In this document: piece after piece, positions 10,151-19,329 of the stretch | How positions within the stretch are numbered: the first letter of the stretch is position 1 | How the letters are laid out: every line of letters begins with the position of its first letter | NCBI GenBank assembly: GCA_046343015.1 | Contig: JBKDOL010000030.1 | Location: 87,619 to 151,618 of the forward strand | Direction of reading: 5' to 3' | Length of the DNA: 64,000 nt | From: Planctomycetota bacterium | Lineage (GTDB): Bacteria > Planctomycetota > Planctomycetia > Pirellulales > Pirellulaceae | Made by a program: the position numbers and the translations under genes | The notes under the pieces: model-generated | Told to the model about the DNA's origin: nothing | What the model saw: the letters and a program-made list of their open reading frames with translations, nothing else | Database searches by the model: none

Positions 10151-11302
10151 GTGAACGAATCATTGGATCGCGTTGAGCAAACCACGACCGGAGAGAAACT
10201 GCAGCCAACGGAGACGGCTGATTCCGAGTTTACCGAGTCTCATTGTGGCGAATTGGTCGCCCGTTACGAGAAACAGTCGCATGAACCGCGACTGAGCTGG
10301 ACGACCCATTTGCGCCTGCTGCGAAAATTGGGGGAAGGCGGTCAGGGGATCGTCTACCTGGCCGAACGTCCCGGTGCCGACAGTTTCACGCTGCCGGTGG
10401 CTTTGAAGTTCTTTTCGCCAGAACGTTACAAGCGGCCGGAAGATTACGACCTCGACATGGTCCGGATTGGCAACGTCGCTGCAATGGTTGCCCGAATCCA
10501 GCACGACAATCTGCTGCTGGTGCAGAATTATCTCGACCGCGAGCGGATCCGCGTGATGATCATGGAATGGGTGGAAGGGTTTGACCTGCGCCGGCTGTTG
10601 ACCCCCAGGATGTTCACAGTGATGCAGGAGCGATTCAGCCAAAAACGTTGGCAGCACCTCAATCAAGTGCTGGTGACGGCGGGCCCGGAGCAGCCTCGCT
10701 TCAAGCCCGGTGTGGCCGTCGCCATCGTCCGCAACTGCCTGAACGCGCTCGGGGCCCTGCATCGCCACGGGATCGTGCACGCCGATATCAAGCCGGCAAA
10801 CATCATGCTCAAAACTTCCGGGCAAGCCAAAATCATTGATATTGGCTCCGCGTTCCAGTTGAGCGACCCGCCCAAGCGTCGCTCGATTACTCCCGCCTAT
10901 GCTGCCGTCGAAGTCCTTCAGGGGGAGCAGACCACGCCGCTCTCGGACCTCGCCAGCCTTGGTTACGTCCTCGTGGAGTTGCTCTCAGGTCAAACCCTGT
11001 TTTCAACCGAACAGGATGCCGGCAAATTGCTTTATGCCAAGCGCGAAATCTTCCGCTTGCTGCCTGAACTTTTGCCGGAAGAAGTTGTCCGCAACGAACT
11101 CCTGATGTCGTTCATTCAGGGCCTCGTCGCCCCCAATCCGGTGGACCGATTCCAATCAGCCGAGTCGGCCGTGGTCGTCGAAGACGGCGCGGCAGCGTTC
11201 CAACGCCAACTGATCAAGGGTGACTTGGCCAGTGAGTATGAAAACGACATCCGCGTCTGGATCGAAGAATTGCTGGAAATGGAAACCAAAGGCGTCCTTT
11301 AA
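10151..11302 (+). CDS. Hanks-type serine/threonine protein kinase
   Basis: LGEGGQGIVYLA (Gly loop), VALKFF (Lys), HRHGIVHADIKPANIML (catalytic loop with HAD instead of HRD), IIDIGSAF (DIG instead of DFG). GTG start. Confidence 0.9.
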   Translation: MNESLDRVEQTTTGEKLQPTETADSEFTESHCGELVARYEKQSHEPRLSWTTHLRLLRKLGEGGQGIVYLAERPGADSFTLPVALKFFSPERYKRPEDYDLDMVRIGNVAAMVARIQHDNLLLVQNYLDRERIRVMIMEWVEGFDLRRLLTPRMFTVMQERFSQKRWQHLNQVLVTAGPEQPRFKPGVAVAIVRNCLNALGALHRHGIVHADIKPANIMLKTSGQAKIIDIGSAFQLSDPPKRRSITPAYAAVEVLQGEQTTPLSDLASLGYVLVELLSGQTLFSTEQDAGKLLYAKREIFRLLPELLPEEVVRNELLMSFIQGLVAPNPVDRFQSAESAVVVEDGAAAFQRQLIKGDLASEYENDIRVWIEELLEMETKGVL

Positions 11303-11412
11303 AGGGCCCGGCTGCCAACTCACGACCTCTGCGGAATCCGTCGCGGTGTCGACCGCCAAAGCCCCGCCCGCCGCCAAACAGGCCAAAGAAAAGTCCTGTC
11401 TTAGCTGCACTT

Positions 11413-11446
11413 GTTGAACAAGCAGAAGCGTCGAACAAGCAGAGGC
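11413..11446. repeat. tandem direct repeat, 2 x 17 bp (gttgaacaagcagaagc / gtcgaacaagcagaggc)
   Basis: Read directly, 15/17 identical. Lies between the convergent kinase and 78-aa ORF. Confidence 0.9.
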
Positions 11447-11490
11447 ATGAAAACGCCGCGTACCAGCCAAGCAGCGACTCCGGCCCAGTA

Positions 11491-11535
11491 CTCGTTTAAG
11501 CAGTGCTCGTTTAAGCAGTGCTCGTTTAAGCCCAG
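11491..11535. repeat. tandem direct repeat, 3 x 15 bp (ctcgtttaagcagtg); the third unit contains the stop codon of the 78-aa CDS
   Basis: Units at 11491-11505 and 11506-11520 are identical; 11521-11535 is ctcgtttaagcccag. The TAA of the minus-strand CDS is at 11528-11526. Confidence 0.95.
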
Positions 11536-11762
11536 TCCAACCCGGTCGCCTTGCGGACGCGCTCTTCGAAATTGCCGAGTAAACCGCCAATCACGTCCCA
11601 CTTGAGCGGCTTGCGGACTTCGATATCGCCTTGCTGGTTAATCCGCACAATGGAAGCCCCGCGCACGCCGGCCGAGCCGAGGTCCGGAGAGTGGAGTTCA
11701 CCATCATTGACGATCTCCGCGAGCTTTGAGCCGGTCATTTCGATAAATTTCATCTGCCCCAT
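11526..11762 (-). CDS. hypothetical small protein (78 aa)
   Basis: Compact ORF with balanced composition (MGQMKFIEMTGSKLAEIVNDGELHSPDLG...RKPLKWDVIGGLLGNFEERVRKATGLDWA). No family recognised. Alternative ATG at 11753. Confidence 0.55.
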   Translation of the reverse strand: MGQMKFIEMTGSKLAEIVNDGELHSPDLGSAGVRGASIVRINQQGDIEVRKPLKWDVIGGLLGNFEERVRKATGLDWA

Positions 11763-12015
11763 TCAATTTTCGCGCTGTTCCGCGGCGCGCCTTTCACTTC
11801 GTGGTGCCGGTCGACCAATCCATCGGCAGCCCGCTTTACGACTTTCGGCAAGCGAAAGACTGCGGTCTCCCGTCCGAGCCTGAATCGGAACTTCCGCCGC
11901 GTGGGCTGGGCGTCCGAAGATCTCGCTCCCGGATTCTAACTTAAATTCCAGTTTAGCTCAGCGACCCTTTTTTCAAACGCTTCAACGGTCAATAATCAAA
12001 AGTTCGGCAAGGTTC

Positions 12016-13089
12016 GTGTGCAGGGACTTTCGTGCTTGGGACAGAACATCGCCGGTTTCATTCCGAATCGCCCTCTCCTCTTTGCTGATTCCCGCCGTGA
12101 ACCAACCGCCCGTCGCTGAAATTCTCGAAGTCTCTCCGGCCGGCGAGCAAATGCGCGTGGATGCCTACTTGGCCCTTCGCTTTCCGGAAATCAGCCGCTC
12201 CCGCTTGCAGGCTGCCATTCGCAGGCAGCAAGTCAAGATTGACGGCGTCATCGCGAAGCCCTCGACGAGGCTCTCGGCGGGACAACGGCTTGATGTCGTG
12301 CTGCCCGAGCCGGAACCGGCCTGCTCTCGTCCGGAAGAGATTCCGCTGGACATTCTGTTCGAAGATGATTGGCTCGTGGCGATCAACAAGCCTCCCGGCA
12401 TGGTGGTCCACCCTGCAAAGGGGCATTGGTCCGGGACGCTGACTGCCGCCCTGGTCCATCATTTTTCCCAGCTCAGCCAGGCGGGTGGGGCGAATCGCCC
12501 AGGAATTGTCCATCGCCTCGACCGCGATACCAGCGGCGTGATCCTGATCGCCAAGCACGACTTGGCACACGTCAAGCTGACCGAGCAGTTCGAGGCGCGG
12601 ACAGTGAAGAAGCAGTACCTGGCGATTGTGACTCCGGCTCCGGATCGCGACCGCGACTTGATCGACAAGCCGATCGGCGTCCACCCCTATCAACGGGAAA
12701 AAATGGCGATTCGCGAGCACCACCCGACCAGCAAGCCAGCCACGACGCAATATGAAGTGGTCTGCCGCTATCGCGGCTTGGCACTCGTCAAGGCATTTCC
12801 CAAAACGGGGCGGACTCACCAAATCCGCTTACACCTGGCCCACATCGGTTGCCCCATTCTGGCTGACAAGCTTTATGGGGGCCGCTCCCGATTCCTGTTG
12901 GGTGAGTTGACCGGCAAAGCCGATGACACCACGGAACTCCTCGCCCGACAAGCCTTGCACGCCGAGCGAATCGAATTCGCCCATCCGGGGACGGGCGAAC
13001 CGATGGCGATCTCGGCCCCTATCCCGCGCGACTTGGAGTTGACGATTGAGATGCTGGCAAGATACCGCCCGGCCGGTGGCAAGCATTAA
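12016..13089 (+). CDS. RluA/RluD-family 23S rRNA pseudouridine synthase
   Basis: S4-like N-terminal segment (RVDAYLALRFPEISRSRLQAAIRRQQVKIDG), catalytic HRLDRDTSGVILIAK and KTGRTHQIRLHLAHIG. Start uncertain: GTG 12016 or in-frame GTG 12097. Confidence 0.88.
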   Translation: MCRDFRAWDRTSPVSFRIALSSLLIPAVNQPPVAEILEVSPAGEQMRVDAYLALRFPEISRSRLQAAIRRQQVKIDGVIAKPSTRLSAGQRLDVVLPEPEPACSRPEEIPLDILFEDDWLVAINKPPGMVVHPAKGHWSGTLTAALVHHFSQLSQAGGANRPGIVHRLDRDTSGVILIAKHDLAHVKLTEQFEARTVKKQYLAIVTPAPDRDRDLIDKPIGVHPYQREKMAIREHHPTSKPATTQYEVVCRYRGLALVKAFPKTGRTHQIRLHLAHIGCPILADKLYGGRSRFLLGELTGKADDTTELLARQALHAERIEFAHPGTGEPMAISAPIPRDLELTIEMLARYRPAGGKH

Positions 13090-13120
13090 CGGCTGTTGCT
13101 CGGTTGGCGACGGTGAACCC

Positions 13121-13162
13121 GCTGGCCAGAATCGTGATCGGGCTGGCCAGAATCGTGAAACC
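13121..13162. repeat. tandem direct repeat, 2 x 21 bp (gctggccagaatcgtgatcgg / ...gaaacc)
   Basis: Read directly; starts 32 bp downstream of the rluD-like stop. Confidence 0.9.
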
Positions 13163-13195
13163 GCGGGCAAGCATCTTCGCCAACCGCCCGCTGCT

Positions 13196-13258
13196 CGCGT
13201 GGGAGGCCCCGCTCCGCGCGTGGGAGGCCCCGCGGCTCGCTTGGGAGACTACGCGCTG
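13196..13258. repeat. tandem direct repeat, 3 x 21 bp (cgcgtgggaggccccgc...), third unit degenerate
   Basis: Read directly: cgcgtgggaggcccc recurs at 13196 and 13217, and cgcttgggagact occurs at 13238. Confidence 0.85.
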
Positions 13259-13399
13259 GGACGAACAAGCACATGGACGATGTAAGGTTGACGAGCGGCG
13301 ACGGCTGCGGGTGGAGGTCCCCGCAGCTGTCCTGCATCCCTTTCCGTCCACTTTCGGGTAACCGCCGACCCTTGCCTGTTCTTTGGGAGTCGTTTGGCT

Positions 13400-13443
13400 C
13401 CCGCACGCAGCCCGCACGCAGCCCGCACACCGCCCGCACGCGA
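13400..13443. repeat. tandem direct repeat, 4 x 11 bp (cccgcacgcag)
   Basis: Units cccgcacgcag, cccgcacgcag, cccgcacaccg, cccgcacgcga. Ends 26 bp from the stop of the convergent 13469..14041 CDS. Confidence 0.9.
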
Positions 13444-13468
13444 TTCGCCCCGGCACTCACTGAAGGCG

Positions 13469-14041
13469 TTACTGCACGACCCGGACGGATTCGATCATCT
13501 GGTTAAACGCCGCGACGTTCTTTTCCATGGTCGCTGCGGGGCCGTAGCACTTGACGTAATAGTTGCCTTCCGGCGTCTCGATAATTGCTGCGAGCATCCG
13601 GTAGTTTTCCTTTTTGGACTTGGGCCCAGCCGGATTTCCCATCGTATCGAGATAGGTCCCCTGCAAGTCAACCAGATGGACTTTCACCTTGTTGAATTCC
13701 TTGACGACAGGCTCGGCCGGCTCCTTGCCGAGTTCAAATTGGCCGTACCAACGCTCGATATTTTGTTCGATGGAACCACCCGAAGCCATCATGGTCACGC
13801 GGCCATTGGCCTCATCCGCTTCCAACTTGGGGATGGCAAATTCAGCTTCAATCATGGTGATCTTCGGCTGGACCTTCTTCCAGCTTCCAGGGGCCTTGAG
13901 CAACAATCCCCCCTCAGCCAAGACCACATCCTGGGTCGCGGCCGCCTGCTCCTTGGCCTCCTCTTGAGCCAGGCCCGCAGCGGGCAGGCAAACAACAGGC
14001 AGGCAAACAGACAACAGCACCAACCAGATGAAACGACTCAT
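13469..14041 (-). CDS. secreted hypothetical protein (190 aa)
   Basis: Signal peptide MSRFIWLVLLSVCLPVVCLPAAGLAQE, then a globular-looking region (KITMIEAEFAIPKLEADEANGRVTMMASGGSIEQNIERWYGQF...). No family recognised. Confidence 0.7.
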   Translation of the reverse strand: MSRFIWLVLLSVCLPVVCLPAAGLAQEEAKEQAAATQDVVLAEGGLLLKAPGSWKKVQPKITMIEAEFAIPKLEADEANGRVTMMASGGSIEQNIERWYGQFELGKEPAEPVVKEFNKVKVHLVDLQGTYLDTMGNPAGPKSKKENYRMLAAIIETPEGNYYVKCYGPAATMEKNVAAFNQMIESVRVVQ

Positions 14042-14336
14042 CGACGCGACTCCTGAAAACGGTTGAACGACTTGATACTCCCCGATATTGTAAGAGCGGA
14101 AAGCCGTTCAACTCAACCGCCGACGCTCGCATGGCCACCAATCGAGCTATCTTGAACGGTGCTGAATGCACGTTCAGGCCCAACTCCGCAACGACTTGCC
14201 TGCTCCCCAATCGCCGGCAACCCCGATGAAGAATCTGATTCGGCGAGCTTGCGGCCAGCCTTTCGGGAAAAGATTCCACGGTAGAATCGGTTCCGCCCAT
14301 TCCTAGCCCGTCACCAGCCTCGAGCCATCCTGAACC

Positions 14337-14915
14337 ATGCCCGCCTGCTATCTTGTTCGCACCGGATTGTTTGATGAACTGAGCTGGTTTCAGATCGCGC
14401 CGGGGATTCGCGTTCCCGAAAATGGTGAAGTGATCTGTCGCACGGCTCGGGGCCTGGAAGTCGGAGTGGCCCTCGCGGCGGGGGACGATTCGCCACATGC
14501 CGAAGCGGTCGGCGAAATTCTTCGTCCCGTAAACGACCAGGATCGCCTGATTATCGAACGACTGGAACGGTTTAAACTCAGGGCGATCGAAAGCTGCGAG
14601 CGCCTGCTGGCCGAACGGCAAATCGCCGCCACGCTCGTCGATGCTGAACACCTCTTTGATGGACAACACTTGTTCTTTTATTTTTGGGGCAACGCATCGG
14701 CAGAACTCGACGCGGTGCTGGACGAACTCGCGGCGATTTACGACCATCGCGTCGGCTTCTCCCGGTTCGCCGCGCGGTTGGCTGAAGGGTGTGGCCCTGG
14801 CTGCGGAACGAAAAACTCCGCCTGTGGTTCCGAGCAGGCAGGAGGTTGCTCCAATTGCGGCAGTGGCGGATGTGGCCTCAAACCTGGCTCCCGCCGATCC
14901 GTGGCCAACCCCTGA
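14337..14915 (+). CDS. PSP1/YaaT-like domain protein with Cys/Gly-rich C-terminal tail
   Basis: Collinear with the B. subtilis YaaT/PSP1 core as I remember it: VICRTARGLEVGV, ILRPVNDQDRL, ESCERLLAERQIAATLVDAEHLFDGQHLFFYF. The tail is CGPGCGTKNSACGSEQAGGCSNCGSGGCG. Confidence 0.6.
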   Translation: MPACYLVRTGLFDELSWFQIAPGIRVPENGEVICRTARGLEVGVALAAGDDSPHAEAVGEILRPVNDQDRLIIERLERFKLRAIESCERLLAERQIAATLVDAEHLFDGQHLFFYFWGNASAELDAVLDELAAIYDHRVGFSRFAARLAEGCGPGCGTKNSACGSEQAGGCSNCGSGGCGLKPGSRRSVANP

Positions 14916-14997
14916 CCATCGCCACTCGTCGGTTCCACTAGCGGCTTGAGCCGCCAGTCCCCAAACGTTCCTCCCCTTCAATCCGACAGTTCCACTC

Positions 14998-15990
14998 ATG
15001 CCAGCCAATCTGACGCCACAGTATCACAAAGCGGAACAGGCTTATCGCCAAGCTTCCACTCCTGAAGAGGAACTCGCATGCTTGCAGGAGATGCTCAAAG
15101 AGATCCCCAAACACAAGGGGACAGACAAGCTGCAGGCTGACCTGAAGCAAAAGATCGCCCGACTCCGCGACGAGGTCGCTGCAGGCAAAAAGAGTGGCGG
15201 TAAGTCAGCTCATCGAATACCTCGCCAAGGGGCTGGTCGCGCCATTCTGCTTGGGGCACCCAATACCGGGAAGAGCCAATTGCTTGCGGCTTTGACGCGG
15301 GCAACCCCGGAGATTGCGCCCTATCCCTACACCACGCGGGAACCTCAAATCGGGATGATGCCGTGGGAAGATGTCTTTGTCCAACTGATCGACACTCCGC
15401 CGATCAGCCGCGATGTCTTCGATCCAACAGTTACCGGACTCATTCGGGGAGCGGACTTGGTTGTGCTGCTGGTGGACCTTGGAAGCGACGATGGAGCCGG
15501 CGAGCTGAATGAACTCTTGGCTCACTTCGCCGATGGGAAGACCCGGTTTGGACGTGAGACGATGCTCGACGAAGAAGACGTGGGCGTGACCTACACACAA
15601 ACCGTCCTGGCGGCGAACAAGACCGACTTGCCGGAAGCCGCAGACCGATTGGAGTTTTTTCGCGAGTTTCTCCCGACCGGTTTTGACCTGTTTCCAATCT
15701 CGGCGCTGACGGGCGCCGGACTTCCAGCCTTGCGCGACCGAGTCTATCGGGCCTGCGATGTGATTCGGGTCTACACCAAACTGCCGACGAAAAAAGAGCC
15801 AGACATGGAAAAACCGTTCACTGTCAAACAAGGCGGAACGCTGATGGAGCTGGCCGAACTAATCCATCGCGACGTCGCCAAAAACCTCAAGTCAGCGCGG
15901 GTCTGGGGTACGGCCATTCACCCCGGAACCACGGTCAAAAGCGACTATGTGCTCCACGACCGAGATATCGTGGAAATCCATTCCGCATAG
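14998..15990 (+). CDS. OBG-class GTPase of the DRG/Rbg type with C-terminal TGS domain
   Basis: G1 GAPNTGKS, G2 YPYTT, G3 position DTPP (Gly replaced by Pro), G4 NKTD. TGS-like end: IRVYTKLPTKKEPDMEKPF...ARVWG...VLHDRDIVEIH. N-terminal helical lead (KLQADLKQKIARLRDE) as in DRG proteins. Confidence 0.85.
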   Translation: MPANLTPQYHKAEQAYRQASTPEEELACLQEMLKEIPKHKGTDKLQADLKQKIARLRDEVAAGKKSGGKSAHRIPRQGAGRAILLGAPNTGKSQLLAALTRATPEIAPYPYTTREPQIGMMPWEDVFVQLIDTPPISRDVFDPTVTGLIRGADLVVLLVDLGSDDGAGELNELLAHFADGKTRFGRETMLDEEDVGVTYTQTVLAANKTDLPEAADRLEFFREFLPTGFDLFPISALTGAGLPALRDRVYRACDVIRVYTKLPTKKEPDMEKPFTVKQGGTLMELAELIHRDVAKNLKSARVWGTAIHPGTTVKSDYVLHDRDIVEIHSA

Positions 15991-16494
15991 GGAATCTCGG
16001 TCTCTCGACAAAGAAATTCGTCCGGAAAGCCTCAGTTTGCACCCCACCCGGCGATTAGCGTGAATCGACGCCCCATAGCAGGCCCGCAACGGCGAAGCCG
16101 AATGAAAACCACTGCCGGGCTCCGCAATTCATTCTTTACCAAATGCCGTTTGTTTACGACAATTCTCCGGGATGCGCTGCTGTCTCCGGGTTCGGTTAAT
16201 TTTGCCCAACCCGAAAAGTCGATGATGCATCCAACCGCCTTGGCAGCCTGTGCGCCTGGGCAGGCTTTTTAATTGGCAGCCCTCCGTCAGGGCTTGCGGA
16301 TGACTCTCAGATGACGAGTCAGTCGGAAAGACCCACCGCATCCCCTGACGGTTCACCGCGGACCCACCACACGCTGACACTACCCTGTCAACGGATGGCC
16401 GCGGTTGCTGCGCCCGCCAGCGAGGCTGACCTGCCCGGCTGGTGCGGAGGTTCTCGATCTGTATGCACTGCTTTTCAGCCTTTGTGAGGAATCG

Positions 16495-19200
16495 ATGTCT
16501 GACGTTCTGAACGCCGCCCAGCACTCCCCGCCCCACGGAAGCTCTCCGGACATCGACCCGATCGAGACGCAAGAGTGGCTGGATTCGCTGCACTATGTCA
16601 TCAACAGCCGCGGCCCCGAGCGGGCCAAGTTTTTGCTCACCCTGCTGGAGGCTCGAGCCCGGCAGGAAGGTGTCGACATCCCCCGCCTGACCAACACACC
16701 CTACATCAACACGATTCCTGTTGAGCAGCAACCTGCGTTTCCGGGAAATCGCGAGATCGAACGCCGGATCAAGAGTGCGGCTCGCTGGAATGCGATGTGC
16801 ATGGTCGCTCGGGCCAACAAAACGACCGACGGCATCGGCGGTCACATCTCCACCTATGCTTCGTCAGCAACGCTTTACGAAGTAGCCTTCAACCACTTTT
16901 TCCGAGGTCGGGGTGAATCGGGGTTTGACGGTGACCTCGTTTATTTCCAAGGTCACGGCTCGCCGGGAATTTATGCTCGAGCCTTCCTCGAGGGTCGCTT
17001 GAGCGAGCAGCACCTGCTCAACTTCCGCCGCGAACTGGCCGAGACACCGGGACTCTCCTCCTACCCGCACCCCTGGTTGATGCCTGATTTCTGGGAATTT
17101 CCCACCGTCTCGATGGGCCTTGGCCCAATCATGGCGATCTACCAGGCGCGGTTCAACGAATACCTCCGCAACCGCGGAATCAAGGACACCAGCCGACAAC
17201 ATGTGTGGGCATTCCTGGGCGACGGGGAATGCGATGAGCCAGAGGCACTTGGCGCGATCACATTGGCCGCTCGCGAACGACTGGACAACCTGACCTTTGT
17301 GATTAACTGCAATCTGCAGCGGCTCGACGGACCGGTCCGCGGCAACGGCAAGATCATTCAGGAACTTGAGGCCCTGTTCCGCGGTGCCGGCTGGAATGTG
17401 ATCAAGGTGATTTGGGGCGATGACTGGGATCCGCTCCTGGAGAAAGACCAAACCGGCCTGCTGATCAAGCGAATGGGCGAGATTGTTGACGGGCAGTACC
17501 AGAAATACGTTGCCATGCCTGGCGCCTACATTCGCGAGCACTTTTTCGGCAAGTACCCTGAGTTGCTCGAACTGGTCAAAAACTACTCCGATGAACGGCT
17601 GTTGAAGCTTCGTCGCGGCGGACACGATCCGGAGAAGGTCTACGCGGCCTTTAAGGCAGCCCTGGAAACCAAGGGCCAGCCGACCGTGATCCTTGCCAAG
17701 ACGATCAAGGGATATGGCATGGGCGAGGGAGGCGAGGGCCGAAACATTGCCCACAACAAGAAGAAGGCGACCGAGCAGGAAATGCTCGACTTCCGCAACC
17801 GCTTCGGCATTCCCCTCTCAGATGAACAAGTAAACAAGATGGAGTTTTACCGCTTCCCCGAAGGATCGGCGGAAAACACCTATCTCAAGGCCCGGCGCGA
17901 ATCGCTGGGTGGTTCTGTCCCCAGTCGCCCCACCAAGCCGCTGTTGATGGACGTTCCTGGCTACGACGAATATCGCAACATCGTCGACCGGGACAATGGC
18001 AAGGAAATCTCGACCACGCAAGGCTTCGTGCGGATCCTCAGCCGGCTCTGCAAAGACAAACTGATCGGCAAGAACGTGGTTCCCATCGTGCCCGATGAGT
18101 CCCGCACCTTCGGCATGGAGGGCATGTTCCGCGAAGTTGGAATTTATGCCAACGCCGGACAACTTTACGAGCCAGTCGATTCGGACCAACTTGCTTATTA
18201 CAAGGAAGCCAAGGACGGGCAACTCCTGGAAGAAGGTATTTCCGAGTGCGGCTCGATCTCCTCGTTCTGCGCCGCGGGATCCGCTTACGCAAGCCACGGC
18301 GTGAACATGATTCCGTTCTACATCTTCTATTCGATGTTCGGTTTCCAGCGGATTGGCGATTCAATCTGGGCGGGCGCCGACCTGCGGGTTAAGGGCTTCC
18401 TGATTGGCGGAACTGCCGGACGCACGACGCTCAATGGCGAAGGCTTGCAACATCAGGATGGAAACAGCCTGCTCTATGCCATGGCCTACCCCACCGTACG
18501 GGCCTACGACCCTGCCTTCCACTATGAGATGGCAGTGGTAATTTTCGACGGCTTAAAGCGGCTTTACACCCAGGGTGAAACGGCAATTTATTACCTGATG
18601 GCAGGAAATGAAAACTACGTCATGCCCGAGATGCCCGCCGGTATCGAAGACCAAATCGTCAAGGGCATGTACAAGTTCCGTTCTGCGGAGGTCTCAGGTG
18701 CAAAGCACCGCGTGCAATTGTTCGGCAGCGGCGCCATCATGAACAGCGTATTGGCCGGACAAAAGATCCTCGCGGACAAATTCAACATTGCCAGCGATGT
18801 CTGGAGCGTGACCAGCTACACCGAACTGCGTCGCGATGCCCAGGAAGTCCGCCGGCTCAACATGCTCAATCCGACGAAGAAGCCGAAGAAGAGCTTTGTC
18901 GAACAACAACTCGAGGGTCACGAGGGGCCAATCATTGCTGCCAGCGACTATGTCCGCGCTGTGACTGAGCAGGTTGCTCCGTGGATGCCCGCCCCCTTCC
19001 TCGCTTTGGGAACGGACGGAATGGGGCGCAGCGAAACGCGCGAATCACTCCGCCGGCATTTCGAGGTGGACGCGGAGTTTGTCGCCCTCGGCGCACTCTG
19101 GCAATTGGCCCAGCAGAAACAGATTGACTTCAAGGTGGTCGAAAAGGCGATCAAGACCCTGGGCATCAACCCGGAAAAAGCCAGCCCACTGTACGCCTGA
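16495..19200 (+). CDS. aceE: pyruvate dehydrogenase E1 component, homodimeric type
   Basis: N-terminus DIDPIETQEWLDSLHYVI resembles E. coli AceE. ThDP region GDGECDEPEALGAITLAARERLDNLTFVINCNLQRLDGPVRGNGK. Start moved to ATG 16495, preceded by GAGGA. Confidence 0.95.
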   Translation: MSDVLNAAQHSPPHGSSPDIDPIETQEWLDSLHYVINSRGPERAKFLLTLLEARARQEGVDIPRLTNTPYINTIPVEQQPAFPGNREIERRIKSAARWNAMCMVARANKTTDGIGGHISTYASSATLYEVAFNHFFRGRGESGFDGDLVYFQGHGSPGIYARAFLEGRLSEQHLLNFRRELAETPGLSSYPHPWLMPDFWEFPTVSMGLGPIMAIYQARFNEYLRNRGIKDTSRQHVWAFLGDGECDEPEALGAITLAARERLDNLTFVINCNLQRLDGPVRGNGKIIQELEALFRGAGWNVIKVIWGDDWDPLLEKDQTGLLIKRMGEIVDGQYQKYVAMPGAYIREHFFGKYPELLELVKNYSDERLLKLRRGGHDPEKVYAAFKAALETKGQPTVILAKTIKGYGMGEGGEGRNIAHNKKKATEQEMLDFRNRFGIPLSDEQVNKMEFYRFPEGSAENTYLKARRESLGGSVPSRPTKPLLMDVPGYDEYRNIVDRDNGKEISTTQGFVRILSRLCKDKLIGKNVVPIVPDESRTFGMEGMFREVGIYANAGQLYEPVDSDQLAYYKEAKDGQLLEEGISECGSISSFCAAGSAYASHGVNMIPFYIFYSMFGFQRIGDSIWAGADLRVKGFLIGGTAGRTTLNGEGLQHQDGNSLLYAMAYPTVRAYDPAFHYEMAVVIFDGLKRLYTQGETAIYYLMAGNENYVMPEMPAGIEDQIVKGMYKFRSAEVSGAKHRVQLFGSGAIMNSVLAGQKILADKFNIASDVWSVTSYTELRRDAQEVRRLNMLNPTKKPKKSFVEQQLEGHEGPIIAASDYVRAVTEQVAPWMPAPFLALGTDGMGRSETRESLRRHFEVDAEFVALGALWQLAQQKQIDFKVVEKAIKTLGINPEKASPLYA

Positions 19201-19329
19201 CCTTTCCTGACTCAAGATGAGCCCCAACGGCCGGAGGGTTTCCTCCGACCGGGGTTGGCCGTTAACTGGCGGCCGGCACTGCGGTCTCCCGTCCGTTTTT
19301 GAACTTTTCACCTTTGCACGACAGACGTT

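Noticed and set aside
13914-15008. 364-aa minus-strand ORF overlapping the PSP1-like gene
   Set aside because: Compositionally implausible (Gly/Arg/Ser-rich). It overlaps two better-supported genes on both sides.
16405-16494. N-terminal extensions suggested by the ORF track (also 3313, 7869, 23952, 24157, 27178, 30661, 45970, 48879, 51139, 51937, 52999, 55032, 60201)
   Set aside because: In each case the extension is R/P/S-rich or overlaps the upstream gene. A downstream ATG gives a native-looking N-terminus (signal peptide, family-typical start or SD sequence), so the starts were moved accordingly.
19224-19258. GC-rich imperfect hairpin in the aceE-aceF spacer
   Set aside because: It has a mismatch and a 3-nt bulge with no adjacent T-tract, so it is unlikely to terminate within the operon. 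It is not called as a terminator and might only be an mRNA-processing or stability element.
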